Part shown: positions 25,084-32,000 of the stretch, piece after piece
Layout: each line of letters starts with the position of its first letter
Position numbering within the stretch: the first letter of the stretch is position 1
Source: Caedibacter taeniospiralis
Lineage (GTDB): Bacteria; Pseudomonadota; Gammaproteobacteria; Francisellales; Francisellaceae
Reading direction: 5' to 3'
Length of the DNA: 32,000 nucleotides
NCBI RefSeq assembly: GCF_002803295.2
Contig: NZ_PGGB02000008.1
Span: forward strand, 30,001 to 62,000
Notes under the pieces: model-generated
Seen by the model: the letters and a program-made list of their open reading frames with translations, nothing else
Databases searched by the model: none
What the model was told of the DNA's origin: nothing
Made by a program: the position numbers and the translations under genes

Positions 25084-26859
25084 TTACGCTTTGTTACCTA
25101 AAACAGTTTGAATGGCCAGCTCCTTAAGCTGTGCACTGGAAACTTCTGCAGGTGCTTCAGTCATCAAACAGCTTGCGGTTTGCGTTTTGGGGAAGGCGAT
25201 AACATCGCGAATATTGGTTGTGTGTGTAATGAGCATCGTTAAGCGATCTAAACCAAACGCAATACCGCCATGAACGGGTGCTCCATATTGCAGGGCATCC
25301 AATAAGAAACTGAATTTTTCTTTGGCTTCTTCTTCAGTAATGCCTAGTAGACCAAATACCATTTGCTGCATTTTCTGATCATGAATGCGTATTGAGCCAC
25401 CACCTACTTCATAACCATTAATTACCATATCATACGCCCGCGATAAGGCGTTCTCTGGATAAGCTTTTAGCGCATCTACCGAATCTACTTTGGGTGCGGT
25501 AAATGGATGATGCAAAGCATAATACCTGCCATCGGCTTCTTCAAACATCGGAAAATCAATCACCCAAAGTGGCGCCCACGCCTTAGTGTAAAGTTTCAAA
25601 TCCTCACCGATTTTCACTCTAAGCGCACCCATTGAGTCGTTGACAACGTTGACCTTTCCTGCCCCAAAGAAAATAATATCGCCATCATTGGCACCCGTAA
25701 TCTCCAGCACTTGCGATAATGCGGCTTCTGAAAGATTCTTCACAATCGGCGATTGCAAACCCTCTCTGCCTTGAGACTTGTCATTGACTTTGATATACGC
25801 CAAGCCCTTGGCCCCATAAATACCAACAAAGTTAGCGTAATCATCGAGCATTTTGCGTGTCAACAGTGCATTGCCATCGGGCAAGCGCATTGCGATGACC
25901 CGAGACTTATCATCATTTGCAGGAATCGAGAATACTTTAAAATCCTCATTTTTCATAATGCTTTTCACATCAACGAAATAAAGCGGGATACGTAAATCAG
26001 GTTTATCTGAACCATATTTACCCATCGCCTCGGCGTAAGTGATGACGGGTAAACTTTGAGGAAAATCCACGTTTGCCACCTGCTTGAATAACGCATGGAT
26101 CATTTTTTCCATAATCGACATAAGCCTTTCTTCATCAATAAATGATGCTTCAATATCAATCTGGGTAAACTCAGGCTGTCTGTCAGCGCGCAGATCTTCA
26201 TCGCGAAAACATTTGACGATCTGATAATAGCGATCAAATCCTGAAATCATAAGTAACTGTTTGAATAACTGTGGAGATTGCGGGAGAGCATAAAACTTAC
26301 CGTGATGATTTCTACTTGGCACCAGATAGTCGCGCGCGCCCTCGGGCGTTGCCTTGGTGAGAAAAGGTGTTTCAATATCTAAAAATCCATGCTCATCCAG
26401 GTAGCGACGAACAAATTGTGAAATGCGCGCACGCTGCATCAGACGGTTTTGAATCTCAGGGCGACGTAAATCAATATAACGATACTTCAACCGCACATCT
26501 TCACCAACATGTTGATGCTCATCCAGCTGAAAGGGGATTGTTTTTGCCTGATTGATCAGTATCAAATCCTGACCGATAATCTCTATTTTACCGCTTGTCA
26601 GATTTGAGTTTTCCTGACCTTCCGGGCGCATTTTAACAAGTCCTTTGGCCTTAATAACGTATTCATGACGCACATGATCCGCTAATTTAAACACTTCCTG
26701 ATTTTCTGGCTCATAAACCAGCTGAACCAGACCCGTTCGATCACGAATATCCAGGAAAATCACCCCCCCATGATCTCGACGCCTATGCACCCACCCGCAA
26801 ATTTCGACGATTTGACCGACAAGAGTTTCATTAACTTCTGAGCTGTAATGACTACGCAT
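25084..26859 (-). CDS. aspS: Aspartate--tRNA ligase
   Basis: The family N-terminus [41 protein letters not shown] starts at ATG 26859. Class II motifs [16 protein letters not shown] and GGIAFGLDR. The track ORF adds 14 unsupported codons. Confidence 0.95.
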   Translation of the reverse strand: MRSHYSSEVNETLVGQIVEICGWVHRRRDHGGVIFLDIRDRTGLVQLVYEPENQEVFKLADHVRHEYVIKAKGLVKMRPEGQENSNLTSGKIEIIGQDLILINQAKTIPFQLDEHQHVGEDVRLKYRYIDLRRPEIQNRLMQRARISQFVRRYLDEHGFLDIETPFLTKATPEGARDYLVPSRNHHGKFYALPQSPQLFKQLLMISGFDRYYQIVKCFRDEDLRADRQPEFTQIDIEASFIDEERLMSIMEKMIHALFKQVANVDFPQSLPVITYAEAMGKYGSDKPDLRIPLYFVDVKSIMKNEDFKVFSIPANDDKSRVIAMRLPDGNALLTRKMLDDYANFVGIYGAKGLAYIKVNDKSQGREGLQSPIVKNLSEAALSQVLEITGANDGDIIFFGAGKVNVVNDSMGALRVKIGEDLKLYTKAWAPLWVIDFPMFEEADGRYYALHHPFTAPKVDSVDALKAYPENALSRAYDMVINGYEVGGGSIRIHDQKMQQMVFGLLGITEEEAKEKFSFLLDALQYGAPVHGGIAFGLDRLTMLITHTTNIRDVIAFPKTQTASCLMTEAPAEVSSAQLKELAIQTVLGNKA

Positions 26860-26987
26860 TTTTATCCTTTGATCCTTAAATATTTTCTTTTGGTTTTTCA
26901 AGCAACGCCTGCCTACCTTACTGGAGTTAATCTTGGGAGAACGAATGGCAGCAAGTGACGATCAGATTTGCCTAAACTATTCGATGG

Positions 26988-27698
26988 CTACGTTAATTTT
27001 TTAAGTTCAGCCTTAGCCTTTACTGCAACCTCATGCTGAGGATACTTGTCAACAACCTGCAGCAAATGATTTTTTGCAGCTTTCACATCTCCTTTACTGA
27101 GCTCAAGCAACGCCAAAGCATAAGTAGCATCTGCGATTTTAATGCTTCTGGGGTAACGGGTGACGATGGTTTTGAACTGCTCATACGCAAGATCAATCTT
27201 ACCATCGATCAAGTAAACCTGACCTAGTAGATATAATGATTCAGAGTAATGCTCGCCATTGTAGTAGGCTTTTAAATACTGCTTCAACATGGTTTCAGCT
27301 TCTGAGTAGTTTTTGGCTAATAGTGCGCTATTTGCCTTATCAAAAGCGGCATTATCCTGCTGCAACTTTAGTGCTTGCGGCGATGGCTTATTCACCTCTT
27401 CTTGAAGTGCAGCTATTTGCTTTTCAAACTGTGCAAGCTTATTGGCAACAACATCATTGAGCTGATTAATCTTATAGGCGTTAAGCTCAACTTTCCCTCT
27501 TAAATCACTCAGTTGCTGCGTGAAAGCCTGACTGCCTGACTGACTCTGCTGAGTGATCAGATACTGTACCTGGTTATTGAGCTTGGCAGTTTGAAGTTGC
27601 AAGCTCTGTACATCGGTGCTTATATCAGCAAAAGAGGCAGAGGGCAGGAAAATCGCCGCAATAATGACCCGTTTAATTTTTGTGTTTACTTTAACCAC
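26988..27698 (-). CDS. cpoB: Cell-division coordinator CpoB (YbgF), Tol-Pal associated TPR protein
   Basis: Signal peptide ..KIKRVIIAAIFLPSASFA, N-terminal coiled coil, C-terminal TPR repeats (YLLGQVYL.., YALALLEL..). Start placed at GTG 27698 after SD AGGTGG, downstream of the pal stop at 27712. The track start 27863 lies inside pal. Confidence 0.78.
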   Translation of the reverse strand: MVKVNTKIKRVIIAAIFLPSASFADISTDVQSLQLQTAKLNNQVQYLITQQSQSGSQAFTQQLSDLRGKVELNAYKINQLNDVVANKLAQFEKQIAALQEEVNKPSPQALKLQQDNAAFDKANSALLAKNYSEAETMLKQYLKAYYNGEHYSESLYLLGQVYLIDGKIDLAYEQFKTIVTRYPRSIKIADATYALALLELSKGDVKAAKNHLLQVVDKYPQHEVAVKAKAELKKLT

Positions 27699-27711
27699 TT
27701 TCACCACCTGA

Positions 27712-28377
27712 TCAACCACAGCTTTGACCAAACTCAAGCTCAGCACGACGATCCAGATAATAGGCGTGTTGCTCAGCTTTTGCCTTACATACATTATTTT
27801 CAACACCATTACACATCTGTGCATAAAACTGTGAAGGAGCCGCCACTGGCTGAGATTTACCATAACTTACTGTACATATCTGGTTTACATTAACCCCTTG
27901 CTGCAATAGATATTGTCGTACACCATCAGCACGACGTTGCCCAAGGTTTAAGTTATATTTTTCACTTCCACGCGGATCGGTGTGTCCAGCCAGGCGAAGC
28001 GGCTGCTTATATTTTACTAAATAAGTTGCCACTTGATTGAGGCAATTTTTAGCATCATCGGCTAATGCCGTGCTGTTAAACTCAAAGTAAACCGTTTTGC
28101 ATGCCGACATGCCCTGCAGGGTCGCCATCATTGCTTGTTGCTCTTGCGCTGAGTATTGATCAATATTGGCAATCTGACTTTGCAGTTCTGCAATACTCTG
28201 GCTGTCTAACGCCCCAGTCTCAACCAAACCATTCGTCTTGGCACCTAATCCCGTACCACCTTCAGGTCCAATTCCCTCGATGGGAGATTGAGGCTGCGAA
28301 GCACATCCTGCCATAAGCACAATAGATAAAAGACTGGTTGCCGTTAATAATTTTTTCTTTGTTTGCTTGTTGGTCAT
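27712..28377 (-). CDS. pal: Peptidoglycan-associated lipoprotein Pal
   Basis: Lipobox LMAGC, and an OmpA-like domain (VYFEFNSTAL.., LAGHTDPRGSEKYNLNLGQRRA, RRAELEF). Located between tolB and cpoB. Confidence 0.88.
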   Translation of the reverse strand: MTNKQTKKKLLTATSLLSIVLMAGCASQPQSPIEGIGPEGGTGLGAKTNGLVETGALDSQSIAELQSQIANIDQYSAQEQQAMMATLQGMSACKTVYFEFNSTALADDAKNCLNQVATYLVKYKQPLRLAGHTDPRGSEKYNLNLGQRRADGVRQYLLQQGVNVNQICTVSYGKSQPVAAPSQFYAQMCNGVENNVCKAKAEQHAYYLDRRAELEFGQSCG

Positions 28378-28446
28378 AGTGATTCCTTATTTATCTCTAA
28401 ATTAATTTTGGTGCTTTTCTTATTGTCTTATCGTTTCAGCCTTGGG

Positions 28447-29763
28447 TCACACCGCAGGTGACCATGCAGGAGACTGGATTGCGCCTTGGGTATTAGATGG
28501 TAAGCTAATTTGAACCTTGCCGTCAATGGACACCATTGCAAGATTTGCTCCCCCTGATTCCTGACCTTTGGCATAAATAATCATATTGCCATCAGGAGAC
28601 ACGCTTGGAGAGGCATCCATTACCCCATTTGTCAGCACGGTAATCTTCTTGCTGTTTAAATCAACCTTGGCAATCTGAGTCCCTGAGTTTTGTTGATACA
28701 TGAAGACAATGCTCTGCCCATTAGGGGTATATTGTGGGTCAAATGCCTGTTTAGCGCCATAAGTGAGGCGCTCTGAGGATGGATATTTGCTGCTAAGATC
28801 GGTGGTGTAAATTTGCGGGTTCCCACCACGATCAGAAACAAAGGCAAGCTCTTTTCCTGAAGGTGAAAAGGCAGGGGCGGTATTAATCCCGTTGAGCGTG
28901 AGCTTCTTATAGAGCTTATCGTTAGCCAGATTCATCAAGTAGATATTGCTGTTTTCCGAGTAACCCTGTGATAACGCCATGGCCAAAGTATTTCCATCTG
29001 GGGAGAAGGCGGGTGAGCTGTTAATGCCCTTATAGCTGGCAATTTTTTTTCTGACACCCGTATACACTTCAATGGTGTAAATTGCCATATTCCCCTTGCT
29101 GTAGCTGACATATGCCAGATATTTCCCATCTTTTGACCAGGCTGGAGACATGATCGGGTCTTTTGTTTGACGCAATAACACATGGGGGTTAAAGCCATCA
29201 TAATCAGCAACGATCAGCTGATAAACTGCTTTTTTAACATTATAGGGATTTTCAACATCAACATATGCAAGCTTAGAGGTAAAGTAACCCTTACTGCCTG
29301 TAATCGCTTCGTATAAAAAGTTACTAATTGTATGTGCCAACAGACGCAGCTGATCTTTTTGCACATTCGTAAACTTACGTGCATTTAATACATTGCCACT
29401 AAGTTTACTCACCAGCTCATAGGTGACATCATAGCGTCCATTACGCTCGTCTATGCTGCCAATGAGGATGTAATCCGACTGCCATTTCGACCAGATAATA
29501 TCCTTGCTACTTTCCACAGACTGTGGGAAACGAGTTGTTTGTGATGCAATCCGCCCAGAATTACGCAAGTCATCGGCGATGATCGCGGCAATTCCATCTG
29601 GAATTTGCGCATCGCTCACTCTTGCGCCCTTAAATGGCATGACAGCCACAGGAATTTGCTGTGATACGCCCTGAGTAATGTTAATGGTTAATCGTGCCTG
29701 TGCGGATAGTACCGCGATAAATAGCGCAAAAATAATGAGACACAACTGTTTTAATCTATACAT
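28447..29763 (-). CDS. tolB: Tol-Pal system beta-propeller protein TolB
   Basis: 438 aa with a signal peptide. Repeated ..SPAWSKDG / SPAFSPDG / APAFSPSG / DPQYTPNG / SPSVSPDG propeller blades. Confidence 0.93.
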   Translation of the reverse strand: MYRLKQLCLIIFALFIAVLSAQARLTINITQGVSQQIPVAVMPFKGARVSDAQIPDGIAAIIADDLRNSGRIASQTTRFPQSVESSKDIIWSKWQSDYILIGSIDERNGRYDVTYELVSKLSGNVLNARKFTNVQKDQLRLLAHTISNFLYEAITGSKGYFTSKLAYVDVENPYNVKKAVYQLIVADYDGFNPHVLLRQTKDPIMSPAWSKDGKYLAYVSYSKGNMAIYTIEVYTGVRKKIASYKGINSSPAFSPDGNTLAMALSQGYSENSNIYLMNLANDKLYKKLTLNGINTAPAFSPSGKELAFVSDRGGNPQIYTTDLSSKYPSSERLTYGAKQAFDPQYTPNGQSIVFMYQQNSGTQIAKVDLNSKKITVLTNGVMDASPSVSPDGNMIIYAKGQESGGANLAMVSIDGKVQISLPSNTQGAIQSPAWSPAV

Positions 29764-29766
29764 ACT

Positions 29767-30867
29767 TTATCCTTCTTGACCAAATCTAAAATCTATACCT
29801 TCCGCAATCAGTTTTCTTGCGCCATCATCTGTGGGCATGACGGGCGCCTGCACATTCTTAAATGCCAATAAAAGCGCGCGATCACACTGCGTGCTGCCGC
29901 TTGAGACTGAAATACGAGGAGCATGTCCTGCCATCACCATCACCGTTGGTAGCTTCTGCGCACTTATCTTACGACAATCATCCATTATCCACACAGCTTC
30001 AATTCGCGCTTTATAGGCGCTTGCATAAGCCTGTAATGCCTGATCTGTCGCGCTTTGTGCGCTAGCCCTTGCACTCTGGGCATTCAAGTCACTTAATGCA
30101 GACTGCCTAAGCGCATTTAACGCCGCCTCACGCGCGGCTTTTGCTGCCGCCTCTTGGGCTTTTTGCTGCACCAGTTTTTCAGCTGCTAACTGTGCTTCTT
30201 TGTTCTTTTTTTCTGCTGCAAGCGCTTTTTGTTTGGCAAGTTCTTGTTGTTCTTTTCTAAGCTTTTCCGCTTGTTTCTGCTTCTGTATTTCTTGCTTTTT
30301 AGCCAGGGCGTTTTGCTTTTCTTCTTGCGCTTTTTTGGCTTCTTGCTCTGCCTTACGCTTTTCTTCTTGCGCTTTTTTGACCTCTTGCTCTGCCTTACGC
30401 TTTTCTTCCGCCAGCATTGCTACTTTTGCTTCTTCTGCCTGCTTTAATGCTGCCTGACGTTGTAGTTCTGCCTCATGCGCGCGAGCTGTTTTCTCTTCTA
30501 TCTCTTTCATCTTTGCTTGATGCTGCTCCTGAGCCAGTTTTTGCTCATAGACCTGCTTTTGCGCTAACTGATAGGCATTTACCTCTTCTTCAAGATACTG
30601 AGTTGAAATCGCCGTGGCCTGAACAATTTCAGTGGTATCTACTGTCTTAATCGTTCTCTGACCTGCTAAGTTCAATGTGTTTTTTTTACCTTGCAACACA
30701 CTCGCTAAAATAACTAATCCAATGACAAAAACAACGTGCAGCATAATGGAATAACAAAAGCTTAAACGTTCAGGGGTAGCAGTTGCCGCAACATATAGTC
30801 TTTTTAAGCGATTATACACGTTAGCACCCAAAACTTGCCTTGAGTTTTGACTACGATTTTGAGTCAT
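29767..30867 (-). CDS. tolA: Tol-Pal system protein TolA
   Basis: N-terminal TM anchor, long K/A/E/Q-rich helical domain II, and a small C-terminal globular domain. Positioned between tolR and tolB. Confidence 0.8.
   Translation of the reverse strand: MTQNRSQNSRQVLGANVYNRLKRLYVAATATPERLSFCYSIMLHVVFVIGLVILASVLQGKKNTLNLAGQRTIKTVDTTEIVQATAISTQYLEEEVNAYQLAQKQVYEQKLAQEQHQAKMKEIEEKTARAHEAELQRQAALKQAEEAKVAMLAEEKRKAEQEVKKAQEEKRKAEQEAKKAQEEKQNALAKKQEIQKQKQAEKLRKEQQELAKQKALAAEKKNKEAQLAAEKLVQQKAQEAAAKAAREAALNALRQSALSDLNAQSARASAQSATDQALQAYASAYKARIEAVWIMDDCRKISAQKLPTVMVMAGHAPRISVSSGSTQCDRALLLAFKNVQAPVMPTDDGARKLIAEGIDFRFGQEG
30321..30404. repeat. 2 x 42-bp tandem repeat inside tolA (14-aa unit KRKAEQE[V/A]KKAQEE)
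   Basis: 30321-30362 and 30363-30404 differ at only a few positions (CTTCTTGCGCTTTTTTGGCTTCTTGCTCTGCCTTACGCTTTT vs ..TTGACCTC..). Confidence 0.8.
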
Positions 30868-31282
30868 CAGTTACCAATCCCACACTAGCGACACCAGCCT
30901 TTTGTAAAAGCACCATGGCTTCAACTACCTGACCATAGCTTGCCTGTTTATCACCACGAACATATACCTGCTTGTCTTTATCCCGCGTTAATGTGTCCAC
31001 AACTAACTGGCTCAACTGGTTCGCTGTTAATGGGGCAGTTTCATCATTTCGGTTAATAAAATATTGACCTTGCTGATTCACCGTTACAATCAAGGGTTTT
31101 TGTTCTGACGGTGGAATTTTCTTAGCCTGTGCCTGTGGTAAATCGACTTTCACACCTTGCGTCAACATCGGTGCGGTGATCATGAAAATAATCAACAGCA
31201 CCAGCATCACATCGATGTAAGGTACCACGTTAATTTCAACCATCGCTTTGTGTTTTGTGCGGCGAGATGCTCTGCGGTGCAT
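30851..31282 (-). CDS. tolR: Tol-Pal system protein TolR
   Basis: 143 aa. EINVVPYIDVMLVLLIIFM is the ExbD/TolR signature. The start overlaps the tolQ stop (TAATG). Confidence 0.9.
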   Translation of the reverse strand: MHRRASRRTKHKAMVEINVVPYIDVMLVLLIIFMITAPMLTQGVKVDLPQAQAKKIPPSEQKPLIVTVNQQGQYFINRNDETAPLTANQLSQLVVDTLTRDKDKQVYVRGDKQASYGQVVEAMVLLQKAGVASVGLVTDDSKS

Positions 31283-31977
31283 TATGCTTCCTCACTCAGA
31301 TTTTGCTTATACGCCTCTCGATATAACAAAGTACAAAGCTCATCCTGAAAGTTTTCATAATCTAATAAAACTGCATCGACGGAGCGTGAATAACGGTTAT
31401 AACCAACCACCGCAGGAATAGCGACAAACAAACCAAGTGCTGTTGCAATCAATGCTTCGGCAATATGGGGTGCCACCATGGATAAAGTCGCCTGTTCAAC
31501 TCCACCCAATGCAGTAAAAGATGCCATAATTCCCCAAACCGTTCCTAGTAAACCCACGTAAGGCGCAATAGAGCCAATGGTGCCTAAAAGCGAGATTTGA
31601 TGTTCAAGCTTTTCACTCTCCTGCATCATTGCCACACGCATTGAACGCTCAACCCCTTCAAGCACAACATCTCCATGTAAAGTTGCCTGAGCGCGCAAAC
31701 GCATAAACTCACGAAAACCACAGCTAAACAAATAGGATAGCCCACGCTTTTTATGCTTATTTTGCTGTAGCTCCTGATAAAGCTTATGAATATTCCCACT
31801 CGACCAGAAGTGTTTTGCAAAAGCCTTGGATTCGATTTTTGCTGACTTAATCACCTGATAACGTTGAATCATAATTGCCCATGACCAAATGGAACCCAGG
31901 ATTAAAATTAAGATAATTAATTGCACCACAATATCTGCATTTAATATCAGCTGCCAAAACGATAAATTATTGGTCAC
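31282..31977 (-). CDS. tolQ: Tol-Pal system protein TolQ
   Basis: 231 aa, three TM segments. LGTIGSIAPYVGLLGTVWGIM is the MotA/TolQ/ExbB motif. Confidence 0.92.
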   Translation of the reverse strand: MTNNLSFWQLILNADIVVQLIILILILGSIWSWAIMIQRYQVIKSAKIESKAFAKHFWSSGNIHKLYQELQQNKHKKRGLSYLFSCGFREFMRLRAQATLHGDVVLEGVERSMRVAMMQESEKLEHQISLLGTIGSIAPYVGLLGTVWGIMASFTALGGVEQATLSMVAPHIAEALIATALGLFVAIPAVVGYNRYSRSVDAVLLDYENFQDELCTLLYREAYKQNLSEEA

Positions 31978-32000
31978 ATCCGTCCCTTAGTCACTAAATA

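Noticed and set aside
26921-26932. 12-mer CTTACTGGAGTT identical to the reverse complement of the MITE right end (7222-7233), possibly a solo MITE end
   Set aside because: Exact 12-mer matches are expected many times by chance across 32 kb on both strands, and the similarity does not extend beyond the 12 nt.
27712-28377. Pal is ~45 aa longer than E. coli Pal and has six extra cysteines, including a ~19-aa insertion (..QMCNGVENNVCKAKAEQHAYY..) before the RRAE motif
   Set aside because: A disulfide-bonded loop at this position is a known variation of OmpA-like domains (as in the E. coli OmpA C-terminal domain). The N-terminal linker of Pal is variable. This looks like ordinary family divergence.
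30200-30650. Plus-strand Phe/Cys/Leu/Ser-rich ORFs (30200..30457, 30229..30447, 30417..30650)
   Set aside because: They are mirror images of the low-complexity K/A/E/Q-coding region of tolA on the opposite strand, a compositional artefact.

Overview
This is an AT-rich gammaproteobacterial chromosome segment, mostly core genes. Gene order (ubiE-ubiJ-ubiB-hinT, tolQRAB-pal-cpoB, a ProQ/FinO gene) recalls Legionellales-like intracellular bacteria, but I cannot verify the taxon from sequence alone. Left to right: a 3'-truncated copA-type P1B ATPase (-), tRNA-Thr and tRNA-Asp (+), rlmH-yaaA (-), a Tim44-like protein, a YgfX/CptA-like membrane protein, and a six-cistron arginine operon (GNAT::argG fusion, argC, argF', argB, argE-like, argH; +). 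Then rimI-holD-DUF4404-glsA (-), crcB with a candidate fluoride riboswitch (-), hinT-ubiB-ubiJ-ubiE (-), an IS5-family transposase remnant beside tRNA-Met, and a ProQ/FinO-domain gene. Last come a ydiJ-like FAD/Fe-S oxidoreductase broken by a 5-bp tandem duplication, tRNA-Arg, sppA, aspS and cpoB-pal-tolB-tolA-tolR-tolQ (-). I found no CRISPR array, defence island or toxin cassette. The most interesting material is the arginine locus. Its carbamoyltransferase carries the Bacteroidetes-type N-succinylornithine signature (Pro in DGDKPEH). A GNAT acyltransferase is fused in frame to ArgG but keeps a fossil SD+ATG at the junction. A 200-bp MITE with a 5-bp target-site duplication sits in the last codons of argG; it rewrites the C-terminus and breaks the ancestral argG-argC stop/start overlap. 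A second palindromic repeat family (GGGCGTAT-N3-ATACGCCC core) occurs twice, once between argC and argF'. All homology statements come from reading the translations and from memory of the families; no database search was run.
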